From: an uncultured Muribaculaceae bacterium
GTDB lineage: Bacteria > Bacteroidota > Bacteroidia > Bacteroidales > Muribaculaceae
Assembly: GCA_910589055.1 (NCBI GenBank)
Contig: CAJURN010000003.1
Coordinates: forward strand, 84,200-148,199
Length of the DNA stretch: 64,000 bases
Direction: 5' to 3'
Shown piece after piece: positions 49,935 through 62,644 of the stretch; position 1 is the stretch's first letter, and each line of letters opens with the position of its first letter. Below the pieces are notes generated by a model, which worked only from the letters and a program-made list of their open reading frames with translations, was not told the origin of the DNA and made no database searches. Made by a program: the position numbers and the translations under genes.

Positions 49935-50324
49935 ATGCCTACTATTCAGCAATTAGTAAGAAAAGGACGTGTGGCACTGGAAGACAAGAGCAAGTCTCCG
50001 GCACTCGACTCATGCCCGCAGCGTCGCGGCGTGTGTGTCCGTGTCTACACAACCACCCCCAAAAAGCCTAACTCGGCTATGCGTAAAGTTGCCCGTGTGC
50101 GCCTCACCAATGGCAAGGAGGTTAACTCCTATATCCCCGGTGAAGGTCACAACCTTCAGGAACACTCTATCGTATTGGTGCGTGGCGGTCGTGTAAAAGA
50201 CCTTCCCGGTGTTCGTTATCACATCGTTCGCGGCACACTCGATACCGCAGGTGTGAAAGACCGTACACAGCGTCGTTCCAAATACGGAGCCAAGCGTCCC
50301 AAGGCCGGTGCAGCCAAGAAGTAA
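49935..50324 (+). CDS. rpsL: 30S ribosomal protein S12
   Basis: [26 protein letters not shown]. Confidence 0.99.
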   Translation: MPTIQQLVRKGRVALEDKSKSPALDSCPQRRGVCVRVYTTTPKKPNSAMRKVARVRLTNGKEVNSYIPGEGHNLQEHSIVLVRGGRVKDLPGVRYHIVRGTLDTAGVKDRTQRRSKYGAKRPKAGAAKK

Positions 50325-50544
50325 TCCGTAGGCCGGAATCTCCGCTCGCCGGAGTCTGTCACCACGGGTGAAGTTTTTACTGAACGCACCGCGAGATTAA
50401 ATCAACCCCAACAAAATTTAAACTCGTTTTTGCATTTCTTGCAGCTATCCTTTAGGTTGAGTAAGCCGATGGCCGGAGGGCACGGGCTGAAGATGACGAA
50501 GCAAGCAACCAAGCAATCAAAAACACAACGACGAAAACCTTACA

Positions 50545-51021
50545 ATGAGAAAGGCTAAACCTAAGAAACGGGTCATTCTTCCCGATCCCGTTTTCAACGA
50601 TGTGAGAGTGACCAAATTTGTCAACCACCTCATGTACGACGGTAAGAAAAATACCGCGTTCACCATTTTCTATGATGCACTTGAGACTGTGAAGTCCAAA
50701 CTGCCCAACGAAGAGCTCAGCTCTCTCGATATCTGGAAAAAGGCACTCGAGAACATCACTCCCCAGGTCGAAGTAAAATCACGCCGTGTAGGTGGCGCAA
50801 CCTTCCAGGTTCCTACCGAAATCCGTGCCGACCGCAAGGAATCTATATCAATGAAAAATCTTATTCTCTACGCCCGCAAGCGCGGTGGCAAGACTATGGC
50901 CGACAAGCTCGCTGCGGAAATCGTAGACGCTTTCAATAACCAGGGTGGCGCCTTCAAGCGCAAGGAAGACATGCACAAGATGGCTGAGGCCAACCGTGCG
51001 TTCGCTCACTTCCGTTTCTAA
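50545..51021 (+). CDS. rpsG: 30S ribosomal protein S7
   Basis: [25 protein letters not shown]. Confidence 0.99.
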   Translation: MRKAKPKKRVILPDPVFNDVRVTKFVNHLMYDGKKNTAFTIFYDALETVKSKLPNEELSSLDIWKKALENITPQVEVKSRRVGGATFQVPTEIRADRKESISMKNLILYARKRGGKTMADKLAAEIVDAFNNQGGAFKRKEDMHKMAEANRAFAHFRF

Positions 51022-51069
51022 TAAAGCGACGATTTTTCTTGAATATAAATTTCCTCAGATTTCATACAA

Positions 51070-53196
<2,127 letters not shown>

Positions 53197-53218
53197 AACA
53201 AATCAATCAATTCATTAT

Positions 53219-53524
53219 ATGAACCCCGTTATCCGAATCAAACTTAAATCTTACGATCACAGCCTCGTGGACAAATCGGCTGAGAAAATCGTAAAGACAG
53301 TGAAGTCAATCGGCGCAGTAATCAGCGGTCCCATTCCCCTGCCTACACACAAGCGTATCTTTACTGTCAACCGCTCGACCTTCGTCAACAAGAAGTCGCG
53401 CGAGCAGTTCCAGCTCTCGTCCTACAAGCGCCTCATCGACATCTACAACGCCACTCCCAAAATCGTGGACGCGCTGATGAAGCTCGAACTCCCCAGCGGA
53501 GTTGAGGTTGAGATCAAGTGCTGA
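53219..53524 (+). CDS. rpsJ: 30S ribosomal protein S10
   Basis: [24 protein letters not shown]. Confidence 0.99.
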   Translation: MNPVIRIKLKSYDHSLVDKSAEKIVKTVKSIGAVISGPIPLPTHKRIFTVNRSTFVNKKSREQFQLSSYKRLIDIYNATPKIVDALMKLELPSGVEVEIKC

Positions 53525-53579
53525 TCCCCTCCAGGATAATAAAACACCTAATTTACAATAATATTAAATCAACAGAGAA

Positions 53580-54197
53580 ATGCCAGGATTAATTGGAAAG
53601 AAAATCGGAATGACATCCGTTTTCAGTGCCGACGGAAAGAACGTTCCGTGCACTGTTATCGAAGTAGGTCCTTGTGTTGTGACTCAGGTAAAGACTGTTG
53701 AGACCGACGGCTACGAAGCCCTTCAGCTCGGCTTCGAGGAGCAGAAAGAAAAACACTGCACCCAGCCCGAACTCGGTCACTTCCGCAAAGCCGGTGTTAC
53801 ACCCAAGCGCCACTTGGCCGAGTTCAAAGGATTTGAAGGTGAGTACGCCCTCGGCGATACCATCGGAGCAGACTTCTTCACCGAAGCCGACTTCGTTGAC
53901 ATCGTAGGTACCTCGAAAGGTAAGGGCTACCAGGGCGTTGTAAAGCGCCACGGTTTCGGCGGTGTAGGTCAGGCTACACACGGCCAGCACAACCGTCTTC
54001 GTGCCCCCGGTTCTGTCGGCGCATGTTCTTATCCCGCGAAAGTGTTCAAGGGTATGCGTATGGCCGGTCAGACAGGCAACGAACGCGTTACCGTTCAGAA
54101 TCTTCAGGTCATCAAGGTGATTCCCGAACACAACATTATCATGATTAAGGGTTCTATCCCCGGAAGCAAAGGTTCAATCGTCTTAATTGAGAAGTAA
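53580..54197 (+). CDS. rplC: 50S ribosomal protein L3
   Basis: [20 protein letters not shown]. Confidence 0.99.
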   Translation: MPGLIGKKIGMTSVFSADGKNVPCTVIEVGPCVVTQVKTVETDGYEALQLGFEEQKEKHCTQPELGHFRKAGVTPKRHLAEFKGFEGEYALGDTIGADFFTEADFVDIVGTSKGKGYQGVVKRHGFGGVGQATHGQHNRLRAPGSVGACSYPAKVFKGMRMAGQTGNERVTVQNLQVIKVIPEHNIIMIKGSIPGSKGSIVLIEK

Positions 54198-54198
54198 T

Positions 54199-54819
54199 AT
54201 GGAACTCGCAATATACAACCAGGAAGGCCAGGACACCGGCCGCAAGGCGACCCTCAACGATGAGGTATTCGCAATCGAACCCAACGAGCATGCCGTATAT
54301 CTCGATGTGAAGCAGTTCCTCGCCAACCAGCGTCAGGGAACTCACAAGTCGAAGGAACGTAGCGAAGTTTCCGGTTCCACCCGCAAGCTCCACAAGCAGA
54401 AAGGCGGCGGCGGCAGCCGTATCGGTGACATCAACTCACCCGTACTCGTAGGTGGTGGCCGTGTATTCGGTCCCCGTCCCCGTGACTACCGTTTCAAACT
54501 CAACCGCAAGCTCAAGGAACTCGCACGCAAGTCAGCCCTCACCATCAAGGCTCAGGCAAATGAAATCATTGTGGTCGAAGACCTCAAATTTGCCGCTGCA
54601 AAGACTAAAGAATATGTAAAATTTGCTAAAAATCTTAAAGTTGACGGCAAAAAGGTTCTTGTAGTTTTAGCAGACAAAAATAATGACGTATATTTGTCAA
54701 TGCGAAATGTGCCCGATGCCCGTCTGATGACTGCGTCGGACATCAATACGTATGCAGTGCTTAACAACAATGCCCTCATCCTTACCGAGAGCGGCCTTGC
54801 TGTGATTAATAACATCTAA
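54199..54819 (+). CDS. rplD: 50S ribosomal protein L4
   Basis: RQGTH.SK.RSEV.G, QKGGG, GGG..FGP.PR. ATG at 54199. Confidence 0.98.
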   Translation: MELAIYNQEGQDTGRKATLNDEVFAIEPNEHAVYLDVKQFLANQRQGTHKSKERSEVSGSTRKLHKQKGGGGSRIGDINSPVLVGGGRVFGPRPRDYRFKLNRKLKELARKSALTIKAQANEIIVVEDLKFAAAKTKEYVKFAKNLKVDGKKVLVVLADKNNDVYLSMRNVPDARLMTASDINTYAVLNNNALILTESGLAVINNI

Positions 54820-54841
54820 TTCCTGACGGAGGAAAGAAAAA

Positions 54842-55132
54842 ATGGATATCACAATCAAACCTATCATTACCGAAAGAGCGACCAAGCTTTCCGACAAGCT
54901 TAACTGCTATACTTTCAGTGTTTCCCCCGACGCCAACAAATATCAGATCAAATCGCTCGTCGAGCAGATCTACGGCGTAAAGGTTGTCAAGGTGAACACT
55001 GCTGTGGTTCGCGGTAAAAACAAATCCCGCTGGACCAAGAGCGGCCTTCTCCGCGGCAAGACTGCCGCCTGGAAGAAAGCCTACGTTACTGTTGGCGAAG
55101 GCCAGACCATCGACTTTTTTAGCAACATATAA
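54842..55132 (+). CDS. rplW: 50S ribosomal protein L23
   Basis: PIITE, ANK.QIK, KKAYVT. Confidence 0.98.
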   Translation: MDITIKPIITERATKLSDKLNCYTFSVSPDANKYQIKSLVEQIYGVKVVKVNTAVVRGKNKSRWTKSGLLRGKTAAWKKAYVTVGEGQTIDFFSNI

Positions 55133-55137
55133 TTAAA

Positions 55138-55965
55138 ATGGCAGTAAGAAAATTCAAGCCCACAACCCCGGGCCAGAGACACAAAGTTATCGGTGTATTC
55201 AAAGGTACAATCACTGCTACTACACCGGAAAAATCTCTTACAGTCGGTAAAAAGGCCTCCGGAGGACGTAACTCCGAAGGCCACCTCACCACTCGCTACC
55301 TTGGTGGTGGACACAAGCGTAAATACCGTATCATAGACTTTAAGAGAAACCGCGACGGAATTCCCGCAGTTGTCAAGTCAATCGAGTACGACCCCAACCG
55401 TTCGGCTCGTATCGCCCTCCTTTACTACGTGGACGGCGTGAAGACTTACATCATCGCCCCCAACGGCCTTGAAGTAGGCACAACTGTTGTAAGCGGTCCT
55501 GATGCAGCACCCGAAATCGGCAACGCTCTTCCCCTGAGCAAGATTCCCGTAGGTACTGTAATCCACAACATCGAACTTCGCCCCGGCCAGGGTGCTTTCA
55601 TGGCACGCTCAGCCGGTACTTTCGCTCAGCTCATTTCCCGCGAAGGAAATTACGCAATCATCAAATTACCTTCTGGCGAGACCCGCAAGATCCTCGCCGA
55701 GTGCAAGGCCACAATCGGCGTAGTAGGCAACAGCGAGCACTCCCTCGAACGCTCCGGTAAAGCAGGACGCTCCCGCTGGCTCGGACGCCGCCCGCGCAAC
55801 CGTGGTGTTGTAATGAACCCTGTCGATCACCCCATGGGTGGTGGTGAAGGCCGCGCTTCCGGTGGACATCCCCGTTCTCGCAAGGGTCTTTACAGCAAGG
55901 GTCTCAAGACTCGTGCGCCCAAGAAGCACTCTTCGAAGTATATCATTGAAAGAAGAAAGAAGTAA
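55138..55965 (+). CDS. rplB: 50S ribosomal protein L2
   Basis: [21 protein letters not shown]. Confidence 0.99.
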   Translation: MAVRKFKPTTPGQRHKVIGVFKGTITATTPEKSLTVGKKASGGRNSEGHLTTRYLGGGHKRKYRIIDFKRNRDGIPAVVKSIEYDPNRSARIALLYYVDGVKTYIIAPNGLEVGTTVVSGPDAAPEIGNALPLSKIPVGTVIHNIELRPGQGAFMARSAGTFAQLISREGNYAIIKLPSGETRKILAECKATIGVVGNSEHSLERSGKAGRSRWLGRRPRNRGVVMNPVDHPMGGGEGRASGGHPRSRKGLYSKGLKTRAPKKHSSKYIIERRKK

Positions 55966-55983
55966 TCTGATAAATAAGTAATT

Positions 55984-56253
55984 ATGAGCCGTTCATTAAA
56001 AAAAGGACCCTTTATCAGCGTGAAGCTGGAGAAAAAAGTGGCCGACATGGATGCTTCGGGCAAGAAAAACGTCATCAAGACGTGGAGCCGCGCCTCGATG
56101 ATCGCACCCGAGTTCGTCGGACACACATTCGCAGTTCACAACGGTAACAAATTTATTCCCGTTTACGTAACCGAGAACATGGTAGGTCACAAGCTGGGCG
56201 AATTCGCCCCCACACGCACCTTCCGCGGTCACGCCGGCAATAAGAAAAAATAA
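55984..56253 (+). CDS. rpsS: 30S ribosomal protein S19
   Basis: [19 protein letters not shown]. Confidence 0.99.
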   Translation: MSRSLKKGPFISVKLEKKVADMDASGKKNVIKTWSRASMIAPEFVGHTFAVHNGNKFIPVYVTENMVGHKLGEFAPTRTFRGHAGNKKK

Positions 56254-56302
56254 TCAGGGCCCAAGAATTATTCATTATTGAAAAAAAAGAAGAACAAATA
56301 AA

Positions 56303-56719
56303 ATGGGTGAAAGAAAAAGATTATCAGCCGACCGACGCAAGGAAGAGCTCAAGTCAGTGGCATTTGCCAAACTGACAAACGTACCCACCTCTCCCCGCAA
56401 GATGCGTCTGGTTGCCGACATGATTCGCGGCAAAGAAGTTTTCCGCGCACTCGGCATTCTCAAATTCTCGAACAAGGAAGCCGCCGCTCGTGTGGAGAAA
56501 CTTCTCCGCTCCGCCGTGGCTAACTGGGAGCAGAAAAACGAGCGTAAGGCAGAATCGGGCGAACTCTATGTAAGCACGATCTTCGTAGACTGCGCTCCCA
56601 TGCTCAAGCGACTCCGCACAGCTCCTCAGGGACGTGGCTACCGCATCCGCAAGCGTGCCAACCATGTCACCATCATTGTAGACACTATTGATAACAACGT
56701 TAAAACCCGCGAGGCATAA
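56303..56719 (+). CDS. rplV: 50S ribosomal protein L22
   Basis: [20 protein letters not shown]. Confidence 0.98.
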   Translation: MGERKRLSADRRKEELKSVAFAKLTNVPTSPRKMRLVADMIRGKEVFRALGILKFSNKEAAARVEKLLRSAVANWEQKNERKAESGELYVSTIFVDCAPMLKRLRTAPQGRGYRIRKRANHVTIIVDTIDNNVKTREA

Positions 56720-56721
56720 AA

Positions 56722-57456
56722 ATGGGACAGAAAGTTAATCCTATCAGCAACCGCCTGGGCGTGATTCGCGGCTGGGACTCCAACTGGTCCGAAAAAGGCA
56801 AATATCCCGACAACCTTCTGGAGGACTACAAGCTCCGCGAATACCTCAATGTCCGCCTGGCAAAAATGAGTGTCTCGCGCATTGTGATCGAACGCACGCT
56901 CAAACTCATCACCATCACAGTATGCACCTCCCGTCCCGGTCTTATCATCGGCAAGGGCGGTCAGGAAGTTGAGAAACTCAAGGAAGAGCTCAAGAAGATC
57001 ACCGACAAGGACGTTCAGATCAATATCTTTGAGGTTAAACGCCCCGAACTCGACGCTCAGATCGTCGCTTCCACCATCGCACGCCAGATCGAAGGCAAGG
57101 TGGCTTACCGCCGCGCCGTGAAAATGGCTGTCGCATCCACAATGCGTGCAGGTGCCGAAGGTGTGAAGATTCAGATTTCCGGTCGTCTCAACGGCGCTGA
57201 AATGGCCCGTTCCGAGATGTTCAAGGAAGGCCGCACTCCGCTGCACACTCTCCGTGCCGACATCGACTACGCACTCGTTGAAGCCCACACAAAGGTAGGC
57301 GTCATCGGCGTGAAAGTATGGATTTGCCGCGGTGAAGTATACGGCAAGCGCGATCTCGCCCCCTCTTTCGCTTCTGCACAGAAGGAAGGACGTCAGGGCG
57401 GTAACGGCGAAGGACGCCGCCGTGGTGGTTTCCGTCCGTCGAAAAACAAACGTTAA
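56722..57456 (+). CDS. rpsC: 30S ribosomal protein S3
   Basis: MGQKVNP, PG..IGKGG, GRL.GAE.AR. Confidence 0.99.
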   Translation: MGQKVNPISNRLGVIRGWDSNWSEKGKYPDNLLEDYKLREYLNVRLAKMSVSRIVIERTLKLITITVCTSRPGLIIGKGGQEVEKLKEELKKITDKDVQINIFEVKRPELDAQIVASTIARQIEGKVAYRRAVKMAVASTMRAGAEGVKIQISGRLNGAEMARSEMFKEGRTPLHTLRADIDYALVEAHTKVGVIGVKVWICRGEVYGKRDLAPSFASAQKEGRQGGNGEGRRRGGFRPSKNKR

Positions 57457-57481
57457 ACCTCAACCGTTCAGTTAGACAACA

Positions 57482-57913
57482 ATGTTACAACCGAAAAAAA
57501 CCAAATTCCGCCGCGCCCAGAAAGGCCGCATGAAGGGAATCGCCCAGCGCGGCAATTCCCTGGCCTTCGGTTCCTTCGGCATCAAGACCCTTGAATCCAA
57601 GTGGATCACCGGTCGTCAGATCGAAGCAGCCCGTATCGCGGTGACACGTTATATGCAGCGTCAGGGTCAGATCTGGATCCGTATCTTCCCGGACAAACCC
57701 ATCACCAAGAAGCCTGCCGAAGTCCGCATGGGTAAAGGTAAAGGTTCGCCCGAAGGATTCGTGGCTCCCGTTACTCCCGGCCGCATCATCATCGAGGTCG
57801 AAGGCGTAAGCTACGACATCGCCAAGGAAGCACTCCGCCTTGCAGCTCAGAAGCTTCCTGTAGTCACCAAATTCGTCGTTCGCCGCGACTATGATCCCAC
57901 TCAAAACGTGTAA
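57482..57913 (+). CDS. rplP: 50S ribosomal protein L16
   Basis: MLQPK, RMGKGKG. Confidence 0.99.
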   Translation: MLQPKKTKFRRAQKGRMKGIAQRGNSLAFGSFGIKTLESKWITGRQIEAARIAVTRYMQRQGQIWIRIFPDKPITKKPAEVRMGKGKGSPEGFVAPVTPGRIIIEVEGVSYDIAKEALRLAAQKLPVVTKFVVRRDYDPTQNV

Positions 57914-57919
57914 AGGACT

Positions 57920-58117
57920 ATGAAGAAAGAAGAAATCAAGGAACTCAGCACAGCGGACCTGCGCGAACGCCTCGAACAGATGGAGAAAGACTACATGCAG
58001 CTCCGGATCAACCACGCTGTGACTCCCCTGGACAATCCCGCAAAGATCACAGCTGACCGCCGCGCAATCGCACGCGTCAAGACCGAACTCCGCCAGCGCG
58101 AACTTAACAATAAATAA
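57920..58117 (+). CDS. rpmC: 50S ribosomal protein L29
   Basis: RRAIARVKT; operon position. Confidence 0.97.
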   Translation: MKKEEIKELSTADLRERLEQMEKDYMQLRINHAVTPLDNPAKITADRRAIARVKTELRQRELNNK

Positions 58118-58128
58118 CCGACGCACAC

Positions 58129-58389
58129 ATGGAAGAAAAGAGAAACTTACGAAAAGAACGTATCGGGGTTGTTTCCAGCAACAAAGGCGACAAGACAATC
58201 ACCGTCACCATCAAATGGAAGGAAAAACATCCCATCTACGGTAAGTTCGTCAACAAGACCAAGAAATATCACGCACACGACGAAAACAACGAATGTAGCG
58301 TCGGCGATACCGTGCGCCTGATGGAAACCCGCCCTCTCAGCAAGACAAAGCGCTGGAGATTAGTAGAAATTATCGAAAAAGTTAAATAA
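58129..58389 (+). CDS. rpsQ: 30S ribosomal protein S17
   Basis: HPIYGK, AHDE, ETRPLSK.K. Confidence 0.99.
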   Translation: MEEKRNLRKERIGVVSSNKGDKTITVTIKWKEKHPIYGKFVNKTKKYHAHDENNECSVGDTVRLMETRPLSKTKRWRLVEIIEKVK

Positions 58390-58391
58390 TC

Positions 58392-58757
58392 ATGATTCAG
58401 ACAGAATCCAGACTTACAGTTGCCGACAACAGCGGGGCAAAGGAAGCCCTCTGCATCCATGTACTGGGTGGTACCGGCCGCCGCTATGCCTCTGTCGGAG
58501 ACATCATCGTAGTGTCGGTAAAGAACGTCATCCCCGGATCCGACGTCAAGAAAGGCACAGTTTCCAAGGCTGTGGTTGTCCGCACAAAGAAAGAAATCCG
58601 TCGTGCCGACGGATCCTACATCCGCTTCGATGACAACGCCTGCGTGCTTCTCAACAATGCCGGCGAACTTCGCGGAACACGTATCTTCGGCCCGGTAGCC
58701 CGCGAGCTCCGCGCCACCAACATGAAGATTGTCTCTCTGGCTCCCGAAGTACTTTAA
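58392..58757 (+). CDS. rplN: 50S ribosomal protein L14
   Basis: VADNSGA, FDDNA, SLAPEVL. Confidence 0.99.
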   Translation: MIQTESRLTVADNSGAKEALCIHVLGGTGRRYASVGDIIVVSVKNVIPGSDVKKGTVSKAVVVRTKKEIRRADGSYIRFDDNACVLLNNAGELRGTRIFGPVARELRATNMKIVSLAPEVL

Positions 58758-58788
58758 TCCACCTCAAAAATTGAAATCAAGCACAAAT

Positions 58789-59106
58789 ATGAGCAAGATG
58801 CACATTAAAAAAGGTGATACGGTCTATGTTCTGGCCGGCGAAGACAAAGGCAAGACAGGCCGCGTTCTCGCCGTTCAGGCAGACAAGCAGCGCGCTATCG
58901 TTGAAGGTGTGAACATCATCACCAAAGCGACAAAGCCCAACGCACAGTATCCCCAGGGCGGTTTCGTAAAAAAAGAAGCCCCCATCCATATCTCCAACCT
59001 GAGCCTGATCGACCCCAAGAGCGGCAAGCCCACCCGCATTGCCATCAAGCGCGAGGACGGCAAGGCTATCCGTATTTCTAAAAAATCTAACGAGGAAATC
59101 AAATAA
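58789..59106 (+). CDS. rplX: 50S ribosomal protein L24
   Basis: IKKGD.V.V.AG.DKGK.G KOW motif, EAPIHISN. Confidence 0.98.
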   Translation: MSKMHIKKGDTVYVLAGEDKGKTGRVLAVQADKQRAIVEGVNIITKATKPNAQYPQGGFVKKEAPIHISNLSLIDPKSGKPTRIAIKREDGKAIRISKKSNEEIK

Positions 59107-59108
59107 TA

Positions 59109-59657
59109 ATGAGCACAACTCTGCACAAAGACTACAAGGAACGCATTGTTCCCGCTCTCGAAAAAGAATTCAACTACTCGAGCGTGATGCAAGTGCCCCG
59201 CCTCAAGAAGATTGTCATCAATCAGGGACTCGGTGCCGCCACCCAGGACAAGAAACTCATCGAGACTGCTATCAACGAGCTCACAGCCATCACAGGTCAG
59301 AAAGCCGTTGCAACCCTGTCGAAGAAAGACATCTCCAACTTCAAGCTCCGTAAGAAAATGCCCGTCGGAGTGATGGTGACACTGCGTCGCGACCGCATGT
59401 ATGAATTCCTGGAACGTCTGATCCGCGTTGCCCTTCCCCGTATCCGCGACTTCAAGGGTATCGAAGGCAAACTTGATGGCCGTGGCAACTACACACTCGG
59501 CATCACCGAGCAGATCATCTTCCCCGAGATCAACATCGACAACATCAACAAGCTCATGGGTATGAACATCACATTCGTGACAAGCGCGCCCACCGACGAA
59601 GAAGGCTACGCACTGCTGAAGCACTTCGGCCTTCCCTTTAAAAACGCTAAAAAATAA
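59109..59657 (+). CDS. rplE: 50S ribosomal protein L5
   Basis: KIVIN.G.G, ITGQK, PRIRDF.G, IFPEI. Confidence 0.99.
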   Translation: MSTTLHKDYKERIVPALEKEFNYSSVMQVPRLKKIVINQGLGAATQDKKLIETAINELTAITGQKAVATLSKKDISNFKLRKKMPVGVMVTLRRDRMYEFLERLIRVALPRIRDFKGIEGKLDGRGNYTLGITEQIIFPEINIDNINKLMGMNITFVTSAPTDEEGYALLKHFGLPFKNAKK

Positions 59658-59669
59658 CAAAGGCAAAGT

Positions 59670-59981
59670 ATGGCTAAAGAATCAATGAAGGCCCGCGAGG
59701 TCAAGAGAGCACGCTTGGTCGAAAAATATGCGAAGCGCCGCGCCGAGCTCAAGAAAATCGTAAACTCCGGCATCAACGAAGAAAACCGCGCCGAGGCATA
59801 CGAAGCAGCACAGGCTCTCCAGGCTCTCCCCAAGAACTCGTCCTATATCCGCAAGCACAACCGTTGCTCCATCACCGGCCGTCCCAAAGGATATATGCGC
59901 CAGTTCGGCATCTCGCGTATCCAGTTCCGCGAAATGGCATCTGCCGGTCTCATTCCCGGCGTAAAGAAGGCAAGCTGGTAA
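59670..59981 (+). CDS. rpsN: 30S ribosomal protein S14 (zinc-free C- type)
   Basis: [31 protein letters not shown]. Confidence 0.98.
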   Translation: MAKESMKAREVKRARLVEKYAKRRAELKKIVNSGINEENRAEAYEAAQALQALPKNSSYIRKHNRCSITGRPKGYMRQFGISRIQFREMASAGLIPGVKKASW

Positions 59982-60107
59982 ATCTCTCCCCCTCGCCTTC
60001 CCGGGCCGGCGCCTCAATCCCATAAAGACATTGGGCGGCGGCTGAAAAATGAGAGTATTAAATATTGTTGGGTAATCTGACCCAATCAATTTAAATAAAA
60101 AACAAAA

Positions 60108-60506
60108 ATGACTGATCCCATAGCAGATTATCTCACAAGATTGAGGAACGCTATCAAGGCCAACCACCGTGTGGTCGAGGTTCCCGCCTCAAACTTGAAA
60201 AAAGAAATCACTAAGATTCTTTTCGAACAAGGCTATATCCTTAACTATAAGTTTATAGAGGGTGAAACCCCCGCAGGGACGATCAAAATCGCCCTCAAGT
60301 ATGATCCCGTAGACCGCGTCAACGCCATCAAGGGTCTCAAGCGCGTGTCCCGTCCGGGTCTCCGCCAGTACACAGGATACAAAGACATGCCCCGCGTCCT
60401 CAACGGCCTCGGTATCGCAATCCTGTCAACATCCCGCGGTGTCATGACAAACAAGAAAGCCGCTGACCTGAAGATTGGCGGTGAAGTACTTTGCTACGTT
60501 TACTAA
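60108..60506 (+). CDS. rpsH: 30S ribosomal protein S8
   Basis: DPIADYLTR.RNA, S.PGLR.Y, GGEVL. Confidence 0.99.
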   Translation: MTDPIADYLTRLRNAIKANHRVVEVPASNLKKEITKILFEQGYILNYKFIEGETPAGTIKIALKYDPVDRVNAIKGLKRVSRPGLRQYTGYKDMPRVLNGLGIAILSTSRGVMTNKKAADLKIGGEVLCYVY

Positions 60507-60527
60507 TCAACCAAAATACAGAAAATT

Positions 60528-61085
60528 ATGTCAAGAATAGGTAAAGCTCCCATCGCTATCCCCGCAGGCGTAACAGTAACGGTTGATAACAACAATGTCG
60601 TGACCGTTAAAGGAAAGCTCGGCGAGCTCAAGCAGGCCGTAAATCCCGACCTGAAAGTAGCTGTCGAGGACAATCATGTAGTACTCACCCGTCCCAGCGA
60701 CGACCGCGAGCATCGTGCGCAGCACGGACTTTTCCGCGCTCTGATCCACAACATGGTTGTTGGTGTTTCCGAAGGCTACCGCAAAGAAATGGAATTAGTA
60801 GGTGTGGGCTACCGCGCCGCAGCCACAGGCCAGGTTCTGGAACTTTCGCTCGGCTACTCCCACGCAATATATATCAAGCTCCCGCCCGAAGTAAAGGTTG
60901 AGGCAAAGAGCGAACGTAACAAAAACCCGCTCATCATCCTCCAGAGCGACGACAAGCAGCTTCTGGGCCAGGTATGCGCAAAGATCCGTTCACTCCGCAA
61001 GCCCGAACCTTACAAAGGCAAAGGTATCAAATTCGTTGGCGAAATCATTCGTCGTAAGTCCGGTAAGAAGGCCGGTGCCAAATAA
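60528..61085 (+). CDS. rplF: 50S ribosomal protein L6
   Basis: MSRIGK, GVGYRA, PEPYKGKG. Confidence 0.99.
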   Translation: MSRIGKAPIAIPAGVTVTVDNNNVVTVKGKLGELKQAVNPDLKVAVEDNHVVLTRPSDDREHRAQHGLFRALIHNMVVGVSEGYRKEMELVGVGYRAAATGQVLELSLGYSHAIYIKLPPEVKVEAKSERNKNPLIILQSDDKQLLGQVCAKIRSLRKPEPYKGKGIKFVGEIIRRKSGKKAGAK

Positions 61086-61102
61086 TATAACAGCAGCATA
61101 TC

Positions 61103-61444
61103 ATGATTTCCAAGATACAAAGAAGAAACAAAATCAAGACTCGTATCCGCGGCAAAATCTCAGGCACCGCCCAGCGTCCGCGCATGACAGTCTTCCGCAG
61201 CAACAAGCAAATCTATGTCCAGCTTATCGACGACCTCGCAGGCGTAACTCTGGCAGCTACCTCTTCCAAGGGTATCGAGCAGGGCACAAAGTGTGAGATT
61301 GCCGCTCAGGTAGGACAGGCTATCGCCCAGAAAGCTCTTGAAGCAGGAATCACCGAAGTTGTTTTTGACCGTAACGGATACCTCTTCCACGGTCGAGTTA
61401 AATCCCTGGCTGATGCCGCCCGCGGTGCCGGCCTTAAATTCTAA
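61103..61444 (+). CDS. rplR: 50S ribosomal protein L18
   Basis: RPR..VFRSN, FDRNGY.FHGR. Confidence 0.99.
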   Translation: MISKIQRRNKIKTRIRGKISGTAQRPRMTVFRSNKQIYVQLIDDLAGVTLAATSSKGIEQGTKCEIAAQVGQAIAQKALEAGITEVVFDRNGYLFHGRVKSLADAARGAGLKF

Positions 61445-61450
61445 TTCATT

Positions 61451-61969
61451 ATGGCTAAAAGAAACAACAGAGTAAAGTCTACCGGTGATCTCGAACTCAA
61501 GGACCGCCTGGTGGCTATCAACCGTGTCACCAAGGTGACAAAGGGTGGCCGTACTTTCACCTTCGCTGCCATCGTAGTAGTCGGAAATGAAAACGGTGTA
61601 GTAGGCTGGGGACTCGGCAAAGCCAACGAAGTCCAGGCCGCTATCGCCAAAGGTGTTGAGGCAGCTAAAAAGAACCTCATCCGCGTGCCCGTTCACAAAG
61701 GCACTATTCCTCACGAGCAGGTTGCCAAGTTCGGCGGCTCCCGCATCATCCTCAAGCCCGCAAGCCACGGTACCGGTGTGAAAGCCGGTGGTGCTATGCG
61801 TGCCGTGCTTGAGAGTGTGGGTATCACCGACGTGCTCGCCAAGTCAAAAGGCTCGTCCAACCCCCACAACCTTGTCAAGGCTACCATCGCCGCTCTCGAC
61901 GAAATGCGTTCTCCGGCCATCGTTGCCCAGAACCGCGGTATCTCCGTTGAACAGGTTTTCAAAGGCTAA
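61451..61969 (+). CDS. rpsE: 30S ribosomal protein S5
   Basis: [17 protein letters not shown]. Confidence 0.99.
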   Translation: MAKRNNRVKSTGDLELKDRLVAINRVTKVTKGGRTFTFAAIVVVGNENGVVGWGLGKANEVQAAIAKGVEAAKKNLIRVPVHKGTIPHEQVAKFGGSRIILKPASHGTGVKAGGAMRAVLESVGITDVLAKSKGSSNPHNLVKATIAALDEMRSPAIVAQNRGISVEQVFKG

Positions 61970-62001
61970 CATTGACGAAGTCAGAAAAAACTCACAATCC
62001 A

Positions 62002-62181
62002 ATGGCACAGATCAAAATCACACAGATAAAGAGCCGAATCAACTGCCCGGCAGTGCAGAAGCGCACTCTCGACGCACTCGGTCTCAAGAAAATGCACCAC
62101 ACCGTGGTGAAGGAAGATACTCCCAGCGTAATGGGAATGGTTAACACAGTTCGCCACTTAGTAGAAGTGACCAACGCTTAA
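62002..62181 (+). CDS. rpmD: 50S ribosomal protein L30
   Basis: [18 protein letters not shown] at 62002. Confidence 0.97.
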   Translation: MAQIKITQIKSRINCPAVQKRTLDALGLKKMHHTVVKEDTPSVMGMVNTVRHLVEVTNA

Positions 62182-62194
62182 TACATCAAGAACT

Positions 62195-62641
62195 ATGGAC
62201 TTAAGTAATTTACAACCTGCAGTCGGCTCAGTAAAACGTAAAACTCGCATCGGTCGCGGTCCCGGTTCCGGCAAGGGCGGCACTTCGACCCGCGGACACA
62301 AGGGCGCCAAGTCCCGTTCCGGCTACAGCCGCAAGATCGGCTTCGAGGGCGGTCAGATGCCTTTGCAGCGCCGTCTTCCCAAATTCGGTTTCAAGAACAT
62401 CAACCGTGTTGAATACAAGGCTATCAATCTTGAACTGATCGACGCTCTGGCAACAGCCAAGAACCTTGACAAAGTAGGCGTTGAAGAACTTCGCGCCGCC
62501 GGCTACCTGCGCCGCAACCAGCTCGCCAAAGTGCTTGCATGCGGAACACTCAGCCGCGCCCTCACAATTGAAGCCAACGCTTTCTCGGCTGCCGCAAAGG
62601 CTGCTATCGAAGCAGCGGGCGGAACAGCTCAAACCCTCTAA
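62195..62641 (+). CDS. rplO: 50S ribosomal protein L15
   Basis: [22 protein letters not shown]. Confidence 0.99.
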   Translation: MDLSNLQPAVGSVKRKTRIGRGPGSGKGGTSTRGHKGAKSRSGYSRKIGFEGGQMPLQRRLPKFGFKNINRVEYKAINLELIDALATAKNLDKVGVEELRAAGYLRRNQLAKVLACGTLSRALTIEANAFSAAAKAAIEAAGGTAQTL

Positions 62642-62644
62642 ATT

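Noticed and set aside
49935..50324. Streptomycin-resistance alleles in rpsL
   Set aside because: The key lysines in PKKPNS and RVKDLP are wild type.
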